From Antedon mediterranea (taxonomy: Eukaryota; Animalia; Echinodermata), in NCBI RefSeq assembly GCF_964355755.1, contig NC_092679.1, positions 24,287,432 to 24,351,431 on the forward strand: a stretch of 64,000 bases of DNA. The letters run 5' to 3'. The notes under the pieces were generated by a model that did not search any database, was not told the DNA's origin, and saw nothing but the letters and a program-made list of their open reading frames with translations. This document shows, piece after piece, positions 52,301 through 63,695 of the stretch. A program made the translations under genes and the position numbers. Each line of letters starts with the position of its first letter. Position 1 is the first letter of the stretch.

Positions 52301-54936
52301 GGAACCTAACAAAACATGGAGTGATTGGGTAAGCTCAAATAGTAATAATTAAAGCAACTTGTCTTACCTGATTTAACTCTTCGTATAACGTTGATCTTAT
52401 CTTGCTAATGTTTATATAATCCACAAACAATTATCATGCCAATCCAATGTAAGAATATAAATAATAGTAATTTAGGCATACTTGCTAAATTAAAACAAAA
52501 TTATCACCAACTTCCTAGCTACTGTAATTTCTATGGCCACCATTCCATGCATTGTTTACAGTAGATTGCATAGTGCAGCTGTATATCTGCATATAACAGC
52601 TACATCTAAAGAAGTATTGTTGACTGAATATGGACTGTTGCAGCGGAAGACTTAACTTTGTAAACGTTAACGCTTGGTTCTCTCTAGGACGTAGCGCAAC
52701 GCAAGTAATTGGTTAAATCGTGATTATTTGCGTGCACTCTTGAGTTGCGTCGTACCCAAGCGTCGGAGCTTTATATACGGATGACGTCCTATTTGTTTAT
52801 ATGTTTAATAAAGTACCATGTTAGTTTTAGTTTTGATGACGTCGACAGTAGAGCGTAAACATTCATTTGTCCACATTTTTACGGTGATAAAACGTATGAA
52901 TGTTTTATGAAATGTACAGACGTGTAGAAACATTTCTTTAAATTCTTATAAATAATGATAACAATAAGCTGCACCCCTTAAACGTAATAAAACAGTTTGA
53001 AAACTTACAACACAAACTAGCATGTAGGTCTACTAAATTCAAGAACTAGCCCTTTTTTATGTTAATTCTCTAGGTAATAAAACAGTATTGTAAAATTGTA
53101 TTCATTACTATCTAATAGATTGCAGCAGCCTACAAAGATCGAGTTAGCTTGTTTGCTACGGGATTTTACAAGTAGGTATTAACCTATTTCACTCTTTTCT
53201 GGTATAACATATAAAACACATAGCTTCTTCATTTTAAAAAAAGGTTTATGAACATTTCATCCAGTTTTAAATTACAATAGAGCTAATGTTTAGTATTTAT
53301 ATACGAGTTTGTTTGATTTCAAGTATGACATTTAAAGTATATGGGTGATGAAAAGGGACTAAACGCAAAATCTTTGAAAAAGAATAATAATTATATACAA
53401 AAAAAAAAGCATTTCCATCATTATTTCATACGGTATATATTTTGTGCAATTTGTAATGCAATTTAAATTTATAACCTACATTCGTTCTTGTGTGATATGA
53501 CTTTACTAATGTTTGATTGTAAAAGAACGCCGTTAAGAAGTGAACCGTTTCACTACTTTACAAGCGGTGCGGCGGTTTCCGAAGTTGAAATTGATTGTCT
53601 GACAGGTGATCACGTGGTGCTGCGTACTGATATTGTCATGGATGTTGGAGACAGTATCAACCCCGCTATTGATATCGGACAGGTATAATAATATAATGTG
53701 TTTTCTTAATTAATGTACATTTTTGTTTCTTTTGGTTGATGCGAATTAAAGAAATAATTTTACGGTAAAAATGTCATATTATGTTTTCAAATCCATCTAT
53801 AGCTAAGTTGTTAAAACTTGACTTCATTAATATGACGTATTTCAAATTCAGATCATATAAAGTTTGTAAATTAAATGAATTTTTTCATGGAGTAAAGAAT
53901 AATTATTATTATATACTCCATCATATAATACACAGATCGAGGGCGGTTTTATACAAGGTTACGGCTTATTTACGCTAGAAGAGCACCGCTGGAGTCCTAG
54001 TGGCGAACTAATGACAAAGGGACCAGGGTTTTACAAGATACCAAGTTTTACTGATATTCCTGTTGAATTCAATGTTAGTTTGCTTGATGGAGTACCTCAT
54101 ACAAAAGTAGTTTGTTCATCAAAGGTAATCAATTAAGTTAAAAATATTTTTTTTAAATAAATAAAAACATCACAATTAATATTTGTTACTATTAATTGTG
54201 GAATTTCTTTCATGTTTTCCCTCCTTTTAATATTTTTTTACATTAATTTACATTCTGTCTCCGTTTTGTCTAAAAAGACGCAATAATTAATTAACTTGAG
54301 TTTCAAAATTCTGTTACTACATTCCATCGAATCAATAGTAACGTCGTCACAACAACTACTTTATAATATAAGTTGATGGGTTTATAATTCTCACCATAAT
54401 TAACAGAATAAATTAAATAACTCATCTGAACGCCAATTACAAGAAGGATGTTAAGCCTACTCTACCATATTTCTTTCACAGGCGATTGGTGAACCTCCTC
54501 TTTTCTTAGCAGGGTCCGTTTTCTTTGCAATAAAAGAAGCTATTCTGGCTTCAAGAAAGGATTGTGGTATAGAGGGAAGTTTTCGATTGGACAGTCCAGC
54601 AACTGCTGAACGAATAAGGATGGCATGTAGTGACACATTCATAGAAAAGGTATAAATAAACAATAATGAATTCATCTTTTTTTTTGGAATACCATGATGA
54701 CATAGTATATCCATAGCAAAATATATATATATATGAGTATTTCGATATGTAATCAATTGTATTTTTAAGTGAAGTGCTGTTATGCAAATTTTATTTATTC
54801 TTAAATTCAGAAAACATATTGTTTTTAACAAAATCATACAAAAGAAAGAATTGAAATGTTTCTATTGATAACGATTATCTTTCAGTTTCCACCAGCAGTC
54901 CATGGAACCTTCACACCATTTTTTATTCGTTCATAA
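40353..54936 (+). CDS. XDH: Xanthine dehydrogenase-family molybdo-flavoenzyme, copy 3 (31 coding exons; possibly hypomorphic)
   Basis: ATG at 40353 ([17 protein letters not shown]|gtaagt). Exons homologous to copies 1/2, with fused exon 45435-45672, VMERAL at 48868 and last exon 54886-54936. The frame is open if a weak GC donor at 42026 is used. Carries HGEVEMGQG and an 8-codon deletion. Confidence 0.85.
40711..41182 (+). other. U12-type intron, XDH copy 3 intron 2 (degenerate branch site)
   Basis: 5'ss GTATCCTTA; branch-like TACTTTAC at 41161-41168. Confidence 0.8.
49690..50030 (+). mobile_element. 3'-terminal LINE (CR1/L2-like) fragment
   Basis: [31 protein letters not shown] followed by TTAAGACAGGACCACAA and an (ATT)n tail. 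Confidence 0.6.
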
Positions 54937-57074
54937 GTTTGTCATTGTTTCCTTTAATTGAAGATTAAAGAGGTAGAAAGAGATCAAATATATACACAAT
55001 AATTATAACTAAATGTCAATATTATTGTAACAATTAGCCTATTATAATGATTAAGATAAGTATTTACGAGTGTCTTGTATGTGTTGTATGTATAAACAGT
55101 TTGTTCCAACATCATTACTGTATAATAATTAATTATTTATGTTGACTTACAGACTGTAAATGGTTAACAGTAACATCCGGGTTATTATTTCATTTTATTT
55201 ACAAAACGCAGTAAACAATGTTTTTTTCAATATATTTGAAATAATTGTTAAAGATATTTTTCAAATATTAGCTTAGATAGATATTTAACAAGATGATAAA
55301 GAATATCATATCCAATTGCATTGGATGTAAAATGTAGTTGATTGGTAATGAAATCACAATATCATAAAGTTGACGGTTATAGACGGGCTATTATTTTGGC
55401 ACCAACACAAAAAAACCATACGAATTATTACATGTGCACGATGAGATTAAATGTTACTGCATATGTGAGGGTCTATTTTAGTCATTAATCGCGCCCTCAT
55501 ACTTACTTACTCATGTTACATTTGGGGTACGGAAGAAGGCAGTGATAGTCCTGTCGTCCATGCCGTTTCCATCGACGAATTAATCCTCCGATATCACTCA
55601 TCTAGTCTCATGTTTATTTGTCATAAAAACTTTCATATTCTAAAGGGGTCTGAGCCGCTTTTAATCTCACTACTGTAGAGGGGCTGTGTTGGTTTAATTA
55701 ATTTATATTTTAACTTCTGATTTGTTTCCTTAATAATATTGATTAAATTATAATAGGCCTAAATAGTATTATCTTGAAATTAGCAAACTGTCCTCTGTAT
55801 ATATGGCTTATTAGAAAAAGAGGCTAAATTTACGATATATACCAGATTATTTATTGTGTGTATGTATTACACTTATAGATATTCTAAACAATTATTACGA
55901 AAATATTCAGTAACGTTTGATCTTGAACAATTGATATTATTAGTGTTTACACATCATAGGGCTGCTTTACAAGGCTCCTTTATATGTGATTTATAATTAT
56001 AACTAAATCATATTTGATTGTTATTCATGAATATTGTAGGATTTCAATAAACTAAAAATAAATTGGAATTTAGATATGAAGATCGTGGGGATGTTTATCA
56101 AAGTCAATTGAGCCGATGATAGATGCGTACGTATTTTCATCATTTGCATCTTGTTCCTGATGGAAATTAGAAACATAAAGAACATTCTCTTGATAAATGT
56201 CATTTGCAAGTGGCTGTGAATTATTTTATCACCACGTGATTTCAGGAGACGATAAATTCTAAAGATACTGATAATTAAGATAAACACAACAGCTTTAATC
56301 ACATCGACTCAAAACAAGACCATATACATGGCTGCAGTCGTGTGCTAAAATTTGAATTACTGTTTACCGACCAACCAACCGACCGACCGACCGACCGACC
56401 GACCGAACAACCGACCGACCGAACAACCGACCGACAAAGTGAGCTGTAGAGTCGCGTTGCACGCGGTTTATAACCAATATTAGCATGATATGTATTTAGG
56501 CATATTTGACTACAATTCATTTTGTCTATCTTATATTCTTTTGCTAATAATGTTACGGTATTTAAGAGGAATAAAATAATAATAATAATCTTACATTACA
56601 TGATATTGAAATCATAATCGTCTTCACCATTGCTATTGTCTTGTTCTAGCTTAATTTAAAGCTATTGCACTTTAGTAACGCTGCTAAATGTCTAACAATA
56701 GCATCTTCCCCACTGTACACGTGTACACTCATTTGCATAACAAACGCACGGCATACCAAACTACGATGAGATATAAATTCTCTTCTAAACGCGTAACGAA
56801 GAGAATTAATTCCTTTTTTTTTACAATAAATTAAATTGAGGGCGCTAAACATAAAATTTAAAACATCAAAGCAGTTAGCGAGAACCAAAAAAAAAAGATG
56901 GTAAATGTGCTCTCCCTGCCTCAGCACTAAGGCCCTGCCACAGCCTTTTGGGGTCGTTCCCACCACATCACCAGATGCATTGATGTTGTCGCCTCATGGT
57001 GTGTGGTGGAAAGGGGGACGTATGATCTGTGAACCCCAAACACAGTGGCTCGCATAGCCTTAACTCTATCCCAC

Positions 57075-57147
57075 CGACCAGCGTGGGAATCGAACCCACG
57101 ACATACGTGTTGTTAACTCGACGCTCAGGCGACTGAGCTAACTGATC
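57075..57147 (-). mobile_element. tRNA-like element (SINE head or tRNA pseudogene); GC-rich body continues to ~56900
   Basis: 73-nt cloverleaf: acceptor GATCAGT/GCTGGTC, D-arm GCTC/GAGC, T-arm GTGGG-TTCGATT-CCCAC. Anticodon stem mispaired (loop TTAACAA); no oligo-T terminator immediately after. Confidence 0.6.
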
Positions 57148-57241
57148 ATCTTGGTTTTAGCCAGGTTAATAGGATATTAATTACGTAATGATGAATTACG
57201 TAATACACGTATAAATAGATTATTATCAGCTGTTCTGTCAT

Positions 57242-57310
57242 GTCCTTTGTGGCTTAACGGGTAATGCCCAGTTTTGAGTGCTATCAGCTGGGGTTCGAAC
57301 TTCTATGGAT
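57242..57310 (+). repeat. Degenerate tRNA-like sequence
   Basis: TGGCTTAACGG A-box, GGTTCGAAC B-box, followed by a T-run. Confidence 0.35.
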
Positions 57311-58380
57311 TTTTTTTTATGAATTGTTTTTTTTGTGTTTTTTTTTTAAAGGGTTGAAAATGTCAGTGCTCGGCAAGTGGACCTTAAATCATAAACAAAG
57401 GTGTATGCCATTCATTTTTCCATTAAATAGACACCATAAAACCCCAAAAAGAGCCCATGTGTTCATCACTTTTTTTTTAGTACGCTTGGGTACGGTGGCT
57501 TCTTTTCAACGGATAAGCTTCTCTTTCCACATGGGCTTTATTTCGAGATTTATACTTTTGTAAACTAAAGGAGGGGAGCTTCTTTATTTTCTTCCCGGAA
57601 AATTGTATCTTTACATGATTTGAATTTTTAATAAAGATTAACAAAATAAAAACTTAATTTTTAAATTTAATTTGTGGCGTGTTCACCGCGTATGACTAAC
57701 AATACCATCTTCCCCATTACACCTGCTCAAACTCATTTGCATAACAACGCAGGGTATACCAAACTGTTTGAAATAGCTGCAAGGTCTAAAGTATTTTGAA
57801 ATGTCATATAAGAGTCTTCACTATTGGGGCTGAGCACGGACAATTTTGAAAAAAAATATTTATTGAAATATGAAGTCTCCAGTTAAGCTCACCATGGTTT
57901 GGGCAGAGCTAATAATGAAAATAGAACTCAGAATTGCACTTATACTTATTACTATATCATCATAATTATGATAATGTTAACATTTCAACTATCCAGATGC
58001 GACTTCAAAATGTTAGGTGGGGTTTTTTCTACTTTAAAAACTCGACTTCGTATGCTTCAATTTCAAAATTGGTATAGACATCGAAATCTTCTAATGTTCT
58101 TTGATCTTATTTCACTCTCCATTAACACCAGACAAAAACCATCGGCGACAACCTATCTGTTTAAAACATGTTTATTCTGGGACGGTGCGGCCATACACAC
58201 TAACTACCATAAACGTTTATTCATAACATAATAAAATATCTTGCATGAATCGGACATTTCGCTACCAATGTAGCAACATTGATTAACAAAAAAAAGAAAG
58301 AAAACGGAAGTGGCAGAAGCATATATGTTTGAAAAATGTCGGTGATATTGTTGCAATATTTGCGTTCTAATTTGATTACA

Positions 58381-58560
58381 TACATTCAAACAGTTAAAAT
58401 AAATAGTAAACACAAATACATTCAACCAGTTAAAATAAATAGTAAACACAAATACATTCAACCAGTTAAAATAAATAGTAAACACAAATACATTCAACCA
58501 GTTAAAATAAATAGTAAACACAAATACATTCAACCAGTTAAAATAAATAGTAAACACAAA
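58381..58560. repeat. 36-bp minisatellite, 5 copies
   Basis: TACATTCAACCAGTTAAAATAAATAGTAAACACAAA in tandem. Confidence 0.92.
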
Positions 58561-59079
58561 TTTCCGATATACAATATATTTTATTTACAATATTTTAGTT
58601 TGAATAAGCTATTAACAATCTCACAAAGAGTTAGTCACTTTGACAAAAAATTGTAGAGTTGAAAAACTCAATTTACCTGACAAACCATTGTCTGAAACTG
58701 TTTATCTTGTCTTATTTTAATAAGTGAAAACATTAATTGTTTTTTTTTTTGGTAAAAGTGAAAACCACCACAAAATGGTCTATTCAAAGTTTCATTTTAT
58801 TCATCTTTATTTTTTTGAAGCACAATACTTAATTACATCATTCTATCTAAGTACTGTGCAATAGTACATATAATTTACTCTTTGTTCAAGAAATGTGGTT
58901 GCCAACATTGTTTGTGGAAGTGTAATATATCTACACTCTTAGTGCAGTAACCTACAGCCTCTGATGATTATATTCTCTCATGGAAATGAACTATTTTGAT
59001 ATATAAGTGTACAAAAAGATAGAAAGTAACAAATATGAAAAGGAAGACGAGACCCTCTTTAATAATAATAATAATTTCC

Positions 59080-59355
59080 TGGATTTATAAAGCGCCTAAT
59101 GTTGTGAAACATCTAAGCGCTAAACATATTATTACCCCTGCCATTTTTTTAAATCAAACACATATTTAACATACTCCCATAATGCAGCTTGTAATCAGCG
59201 CAAACTTAGGTCTTGACGTTACCAGGTACACATTCGTGAGTGGAGAGAGCCAAACGTAAGTAAAGTGTCTTGCCTAAGGATGCGACGAGAGTTGCATTCA
59301 AACTCACGATCTTACAATCAGTAGTACAACGTCCAACACACTGCGCCACATGCCT
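59080..59355 (-). mobile_element. tRNA-derived SINE (CORE-like domain, LINE-like tail) downstream of VTI1B
   Basis: Minus strand: GTGGCGCAGTG A-box, GAGTTTGAAT B-box, CCTTAGGCAAGACACTTTA core-like motif, GCGCTTTATAAAT..(ATT)n tail. Confidence 0.65.
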
Positions 59356-59421
59356 TTGGAATGTAAAAAGCAGACACTTTGGCCTCCATCTTATTAGTTG
59401 ATTAAAAACATTGTGTCATCC

Positions 59422-62400
59422 TCATTTCTTGAAAAATTTCCACCAGACGACAATTCCAAGAACAACGAGTTCCCCCAAAATAATTGCCATTAAAATCATC
59501 TTATTCGTCATGACTCTAAAAAATAAATGTTAAAGATTGTAAAATGTTATTTACTCGGCTGAAGGGAGTCACTGATATCCTTGTAGAAATAGCCACACCA
59601 AATTGTATCACACGCAACAAGGTTGGAGAATTGAAACAGGTTTGTCAATATAATAAAAATATTTATTATTTGTTGTTCTTATTATGCTGATAAATAAGTG
59701 TATTGCTTTATAAAACAACACTGACAACATTTTATTTTAAAGTTCTCACCTCCGTGCCATAGAATTTAATATTTTGCGACTCCTCCCAAGATTAGCATCC
59801 ATGTTGTCAAGCTGAAAAGGTAAACAAGCAATACAAGCTTAGTGATTTAGTGATCATCATACTACTTTTGATTATTACAAAACATTTCATGCTTACCTTA
59901 TCTCTAGTACGTATAAGTTGTTCCTTTTGTCCACCTAATTCTTCTATGATTCCAACACCGATCTCATCAGTCTCTGCAGCAATTCTATGAGATCTGTCTA
60001 CACTTGCAGATGCACGGTTTAAAGACTCTGTTCCTTGTATTAAGGTTTTTCTTTGATTTGTTTTCATAGACTTTAAAGAAAAAGTGAAATGTCATTAACA
60101 TACCGTAATAACCTTGAAAAGAAGGACATGGGCTTATTTTTTTATGACTCTTGTATGGGCTTTTTTTTAGATGGGCTTGGAAAACATTTCTATTCATTTT
60201 GTCGACATTTAAATAAAGTTATCACGAAAATAAGCCTATAACTATCTTGAAAATAGGCCAGTGGGCTTGATTTCGAGATGAGCTTCTTTTCAAGATTTCT
60301 TTTGCAAACCAAAGAGGGGGACTTCTTCTTCAATGATGAGTGGCTGTGACTGATCTCCACACTGGTTGGCTTCTTAAATAAATTAGCTAAATTGTATAGA
60401 GAAGCTGTTGCCTAATAATATCACTTAAAACATAATTATATTTACAGTAATTTCATTGTCTACGTTGTCACGCTAGTATGTGCCACCAGTGAACAGTTCA
60501 GCGCTAGCTGCTGACTATAAGCCTATAACTATCTTGAAAATAGGCCAGTGGGCTTGATTTCGAGATGAGCTTCTTTTCAAGATTTCTTTTGCAAACCAAA
60601 GAGGGGGACTTCTTCTTTAATGATGAGTGGCTGTGACTGATCTCCACACTGGTTGGCTTCTTAAATAAATTAGCTAAATTGTATAGAGAAGCTGTTGCCT
60701 AATAATATCACTTAAAACATAATTATATTTACAGTAATTTCATTGTCTACGTTGTCACGCTGGTATGTGCCACCAGTGAACAGTTCAGCGCTAGCTGCTG
60801 ATGTGCTCATCCTTTTCTACAATGAAAAACAAATTTTACTTATTTAAGCATGCATTTATTAGCGGTACTTGCCATATGTTTTGGGTCATTTACTTGCAAT
60901 CTTTACTCTGTATTTGCGTAGTTGTTTGCAACAAACATCACAGTCTCTTTTAAAAAATTGATTGATCAAATTGTCACATGTTTGGTTATGATTGTGAGAT
61001 TGTGATTTGTTGCATTGCTTCTATCCTTAGGTAAGATACTTTACTTACGTTTGCATTTCTCCGGCCAGGTGTAAAAATAAAGTATTATTGTAATTTTTAT
61101 TATTATGACAAAACAAATCCCGAATCTTGACTAGATAAATAAACAATAGAGTTAATAAGAAACTCACAAGATCTCTTTTAAGTTTTTCTAACTCCTTGGA
61201 ATAATTTCTTATTTTCTGATTCATATTAGTGCGGTAGGTACCGGGTGCTGGACGAGCTTCTGCCTCCATATCATGAAGCTGAAACAAAAACCAATATCAC
61301 TCAAAATTAGTCATGGATAAAATAACATTTATTTAAAATAAATAGTGTGTGTTTGCACACTCTTTTCACTTAAAAAGTACAAGTAAACAGAACAAAGTAA
61401 ACAAGTAAACAGAACAAAGTAAACAAGTAAACAGAACAAAGTAAACAAGTAAACAGAACAAAGTAAACGGAACAAAGTAAACAGAACAAAGTAAACAAGT
61501 AAACAGAACAAAGTAAACAAGTAAACAAGTAAACAGAACAAAGTAAACAAGTAAACTGAACAAAGTAAACAAGTAAACAGAACAAAGTAAACAAGTAAAC
61601 AGAACAAAGTAAACAAGTAAACAAGTAAACTGAACAAAGTAATCAAGTAAACAGAACAAAGTAAACAAGTAAACAGAAAAAAGTATACAAGTAAACAGAA
61701 CAAAGTAAACAGAACAAAGTAAACAAGTAAACTGAACAAAGTAAACAAGTAAACAGAACAAAGTAAACAAGTAAACAGAACAAAGTAAACAAGTAAACAG
61801 AACAAAGTAAACAAGTAAACAAGTAAACAGAACAAAAAAGTAATCAAGTAAACAAGTAAACAGAACAAAGTAATCAAGTAAACAAGTAAACAGAACAAAG
61901 TAATCACGTAAACAAGTAAACAGAACAAAGTAAACAAGTAAACAGAACAAAGTAAACAAGTAAACAAGCAACAGAACAAAGTAAAACTAAAAATGGGTTC
62001 TATTATAAGAAAACTTCATAAAAAGTGAGGCAAGCCATTATGGAAAATGGCAAGAAAAGACGATGGTGAGTAGAGCCATGGGTTCACTGTAGTAGTTCAT
62101 AGGGTTCGGTGAGGTAATTTGTCAGACCGCAATTAAATCCAAATACCATTTCGCCAGCTTCTTCCAAGCCTCGTTCCACATCTCTTATCAACTGTTTCTT
62201 CTCTTCTACAATTTTAAACAAATGAATTAATTAATATGGTATTGACTGTTCAGTGTTGTTGAAAAAAGTAACTATTTTAAAAACATTTCAATTTTCCTTA
62301 ACATAACTTATAAGGCAAGAGAGATTTCTCTACAGATGGCAAATAATACACACAAACAGACACCATAGCCTCCTAGGCCTACCTAGCTACTGTAGGCCTA

Positions 62401-62609
62401 CACTAGCAATCTAGGTCTAGCCCTAGCCTCCTAGCTAGCTAGCTCTGGCCTTTTCTGCCAATGAATCACCACAGCTGATCTTGGTTTGGCTGGATTCCGT
62501 TTGGCTTACCCCCTGAACACCGTGAAATACGGTTGTCTATTTTTTTTTTTAAATCGTCAAATAATATGTTGTAGTCTTCCTGCAAGTTTTCAAACTTTTC
62601 CGACGACAT
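59422..62609 (-). CDS. VTI1B: Qb-SNARE vesicle transport through interaction with t-SNAREs 1B
   Basis: Exons 62609-62510 (MSSEKFENLQE), 62205-62147 (EKKQLIRD), 61278-61168, 60816-60733, 60070-59897 (QGTESLNRASASVDRSHRIAAETDEIG), 59811-59750, 59515-59422 (C-terminal TM MILMAIILGELVVLGIVVWWKFFKK*). Phases consistent. Confidence 0.9.
60230..60801. repeat. 287-bp near-identical tandem duplication including most of VTI1B exon 4
   Basis: 60230-60514 vs 60517-60801. Confidence 0.93.
61379..61985. repeat. GTAAACAA / GTAAACAGAACAAA minisatellite, ~600 bp, VTI1B intron 2
   Basis: Directly visible; explains the hydrophobic ORFs at 61329-61979. Confidence 0.96.
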
Positions 62610-62880
62610 GTTTGTAGATTTTACTTGAAATTTAGTCGCTTTATTTATCTATTTTTACGGTAGAAATCATTTGAATGGGAAAAATGTTAAAAAGGACCTC
62701 ATCATATGATATTTCTGTGTCACCAAAAGGTTAAACTGCAATCATTCAAGCGTATTACATAAACTCGAGCGGCGTGAAAATTTCACCGGTTGGTGGTGTC
62801 GTGGTGCACATTTTGTCCTAAAATTGACGACTTTGTTTTGTATTTTACTTTATCATTTGATTTGTAATAATGTAAGTGGC
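62610..62880. promoter_or_regulatory. Probable bidirectional promoter VTI1B/DHTKD1
   Basis: Head-to-head genes about 635 bp ATG-to-ATG. Locally CpG-richer (62760-62830). Candidate non-coding exon donor gtaagt near 62872 and acceptor cacag just before the DHTKD1 ATG. Confidence 0.55.
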
Positions 62881-63244
62881 CTAGGATAGCAGTATACCTT
62901 GTCTACCCCGTGGCTATATAGTGTCATCTTACATTTTACTAGTCCTAAAGCTAGGCCTAGGTAGGCCTCTAGTTCTAGCTAGGCCTAGCTAGCTATAGGC
63001 TATATAGGCCCTGCCTAGTGTAGCTGTAGGCCTAGGCCCTAGGCCTAGTGTAGGCCTACCTAGTAATAGTAGAGACTTATTTTGCTCTAGACATGGAGGT
63101 ACCTCTATGCTCTAGCCAAGCTCAGAGGAGATATCTATTTTGTCTGCCTCTCTATTGAACTTTAACCTTGTTTTCTAATATATGACATGCAATTCATGCC
63201 TCTACTTCTTAAATCTAAACTCATAATTCCAATTCACAGACAGT

Positions 63245-63695
63245 ATGCTGTCCAGAAGTGCATTCTTAAAGTCGACAGGCTTCATTCACAGATTACCAAG
63301 ATCATTGTATCATGCAAAAACTGGCATTTATGGATATAAACCAGCAGCACAGCAGACTCTACAAGAATTTAAAGGTATTCTTTTGTTTTGACCATATGTA
63401 CACCTCAAATGAGAATGCTCCAAAGGCTTTTCAAAATCCCGACTCGCCCTTTTCCTCTCGCCGTGTAAATGTTAGAAAATACAATTGCTTTGCTTATTAT
63501 GATACATTTAAATTATTTACCATTTTTTTTAAGTACAAGATATTTAAATTATAATTTTGCATTTTCGTTAACAGTGGACAGAGAAGTTTTGTCGAAAAGG
63601 ATTGAGAATGCAGCACTATCACAGTTGGTAGAAGCCTATCGAAGCCATGGCCATAAAAAGGCTAAAATTGATCCTCTAGGATTGCAAGTACCTAG
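63245..63695 (+). CDS. DHTKD1: 2-oxoadipate dehydrogenase E1 (DHTKD1), first two coding exons; gene continues beyond window
   Basis: 63245-63374 encodes MLSRSAFLK..YHAKTGIYGYKP (presequence-like plus the GxYGYxP motif). 63575-63695 encodes LSQLVEAYRSHGHKKAKIDPL. GT-AG and phase consistent. Confidence 0.8.

Noticed and set aside
275-54936. Calling the paralogs aldehyde oxidases (AOX)
   Set aside because: Glu802 and the NAD-associated TGYR/RRDDDIA motifs are retained, so overall sequence is XDH-type; only parts of the pocket are AOX-like.
16767-54936. Copies being uncollapsed haplotypes or assembly duplicates
   Set aside because: Introns are largely unalignable and exon structures differ, so these are true paralogs.
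57075-57147. Functional tRNA-Val(AAC)
   Set aside because: Anticodon stem mispaired and sequence runs into a repeat-like body; treated as SINE head or pseudogene.
61329-61979. Long hydrophobic LFTLFCLLVY ORFs
   Set aside because: Translation of the GTAAAC minisatellite in a VTI1B intron.
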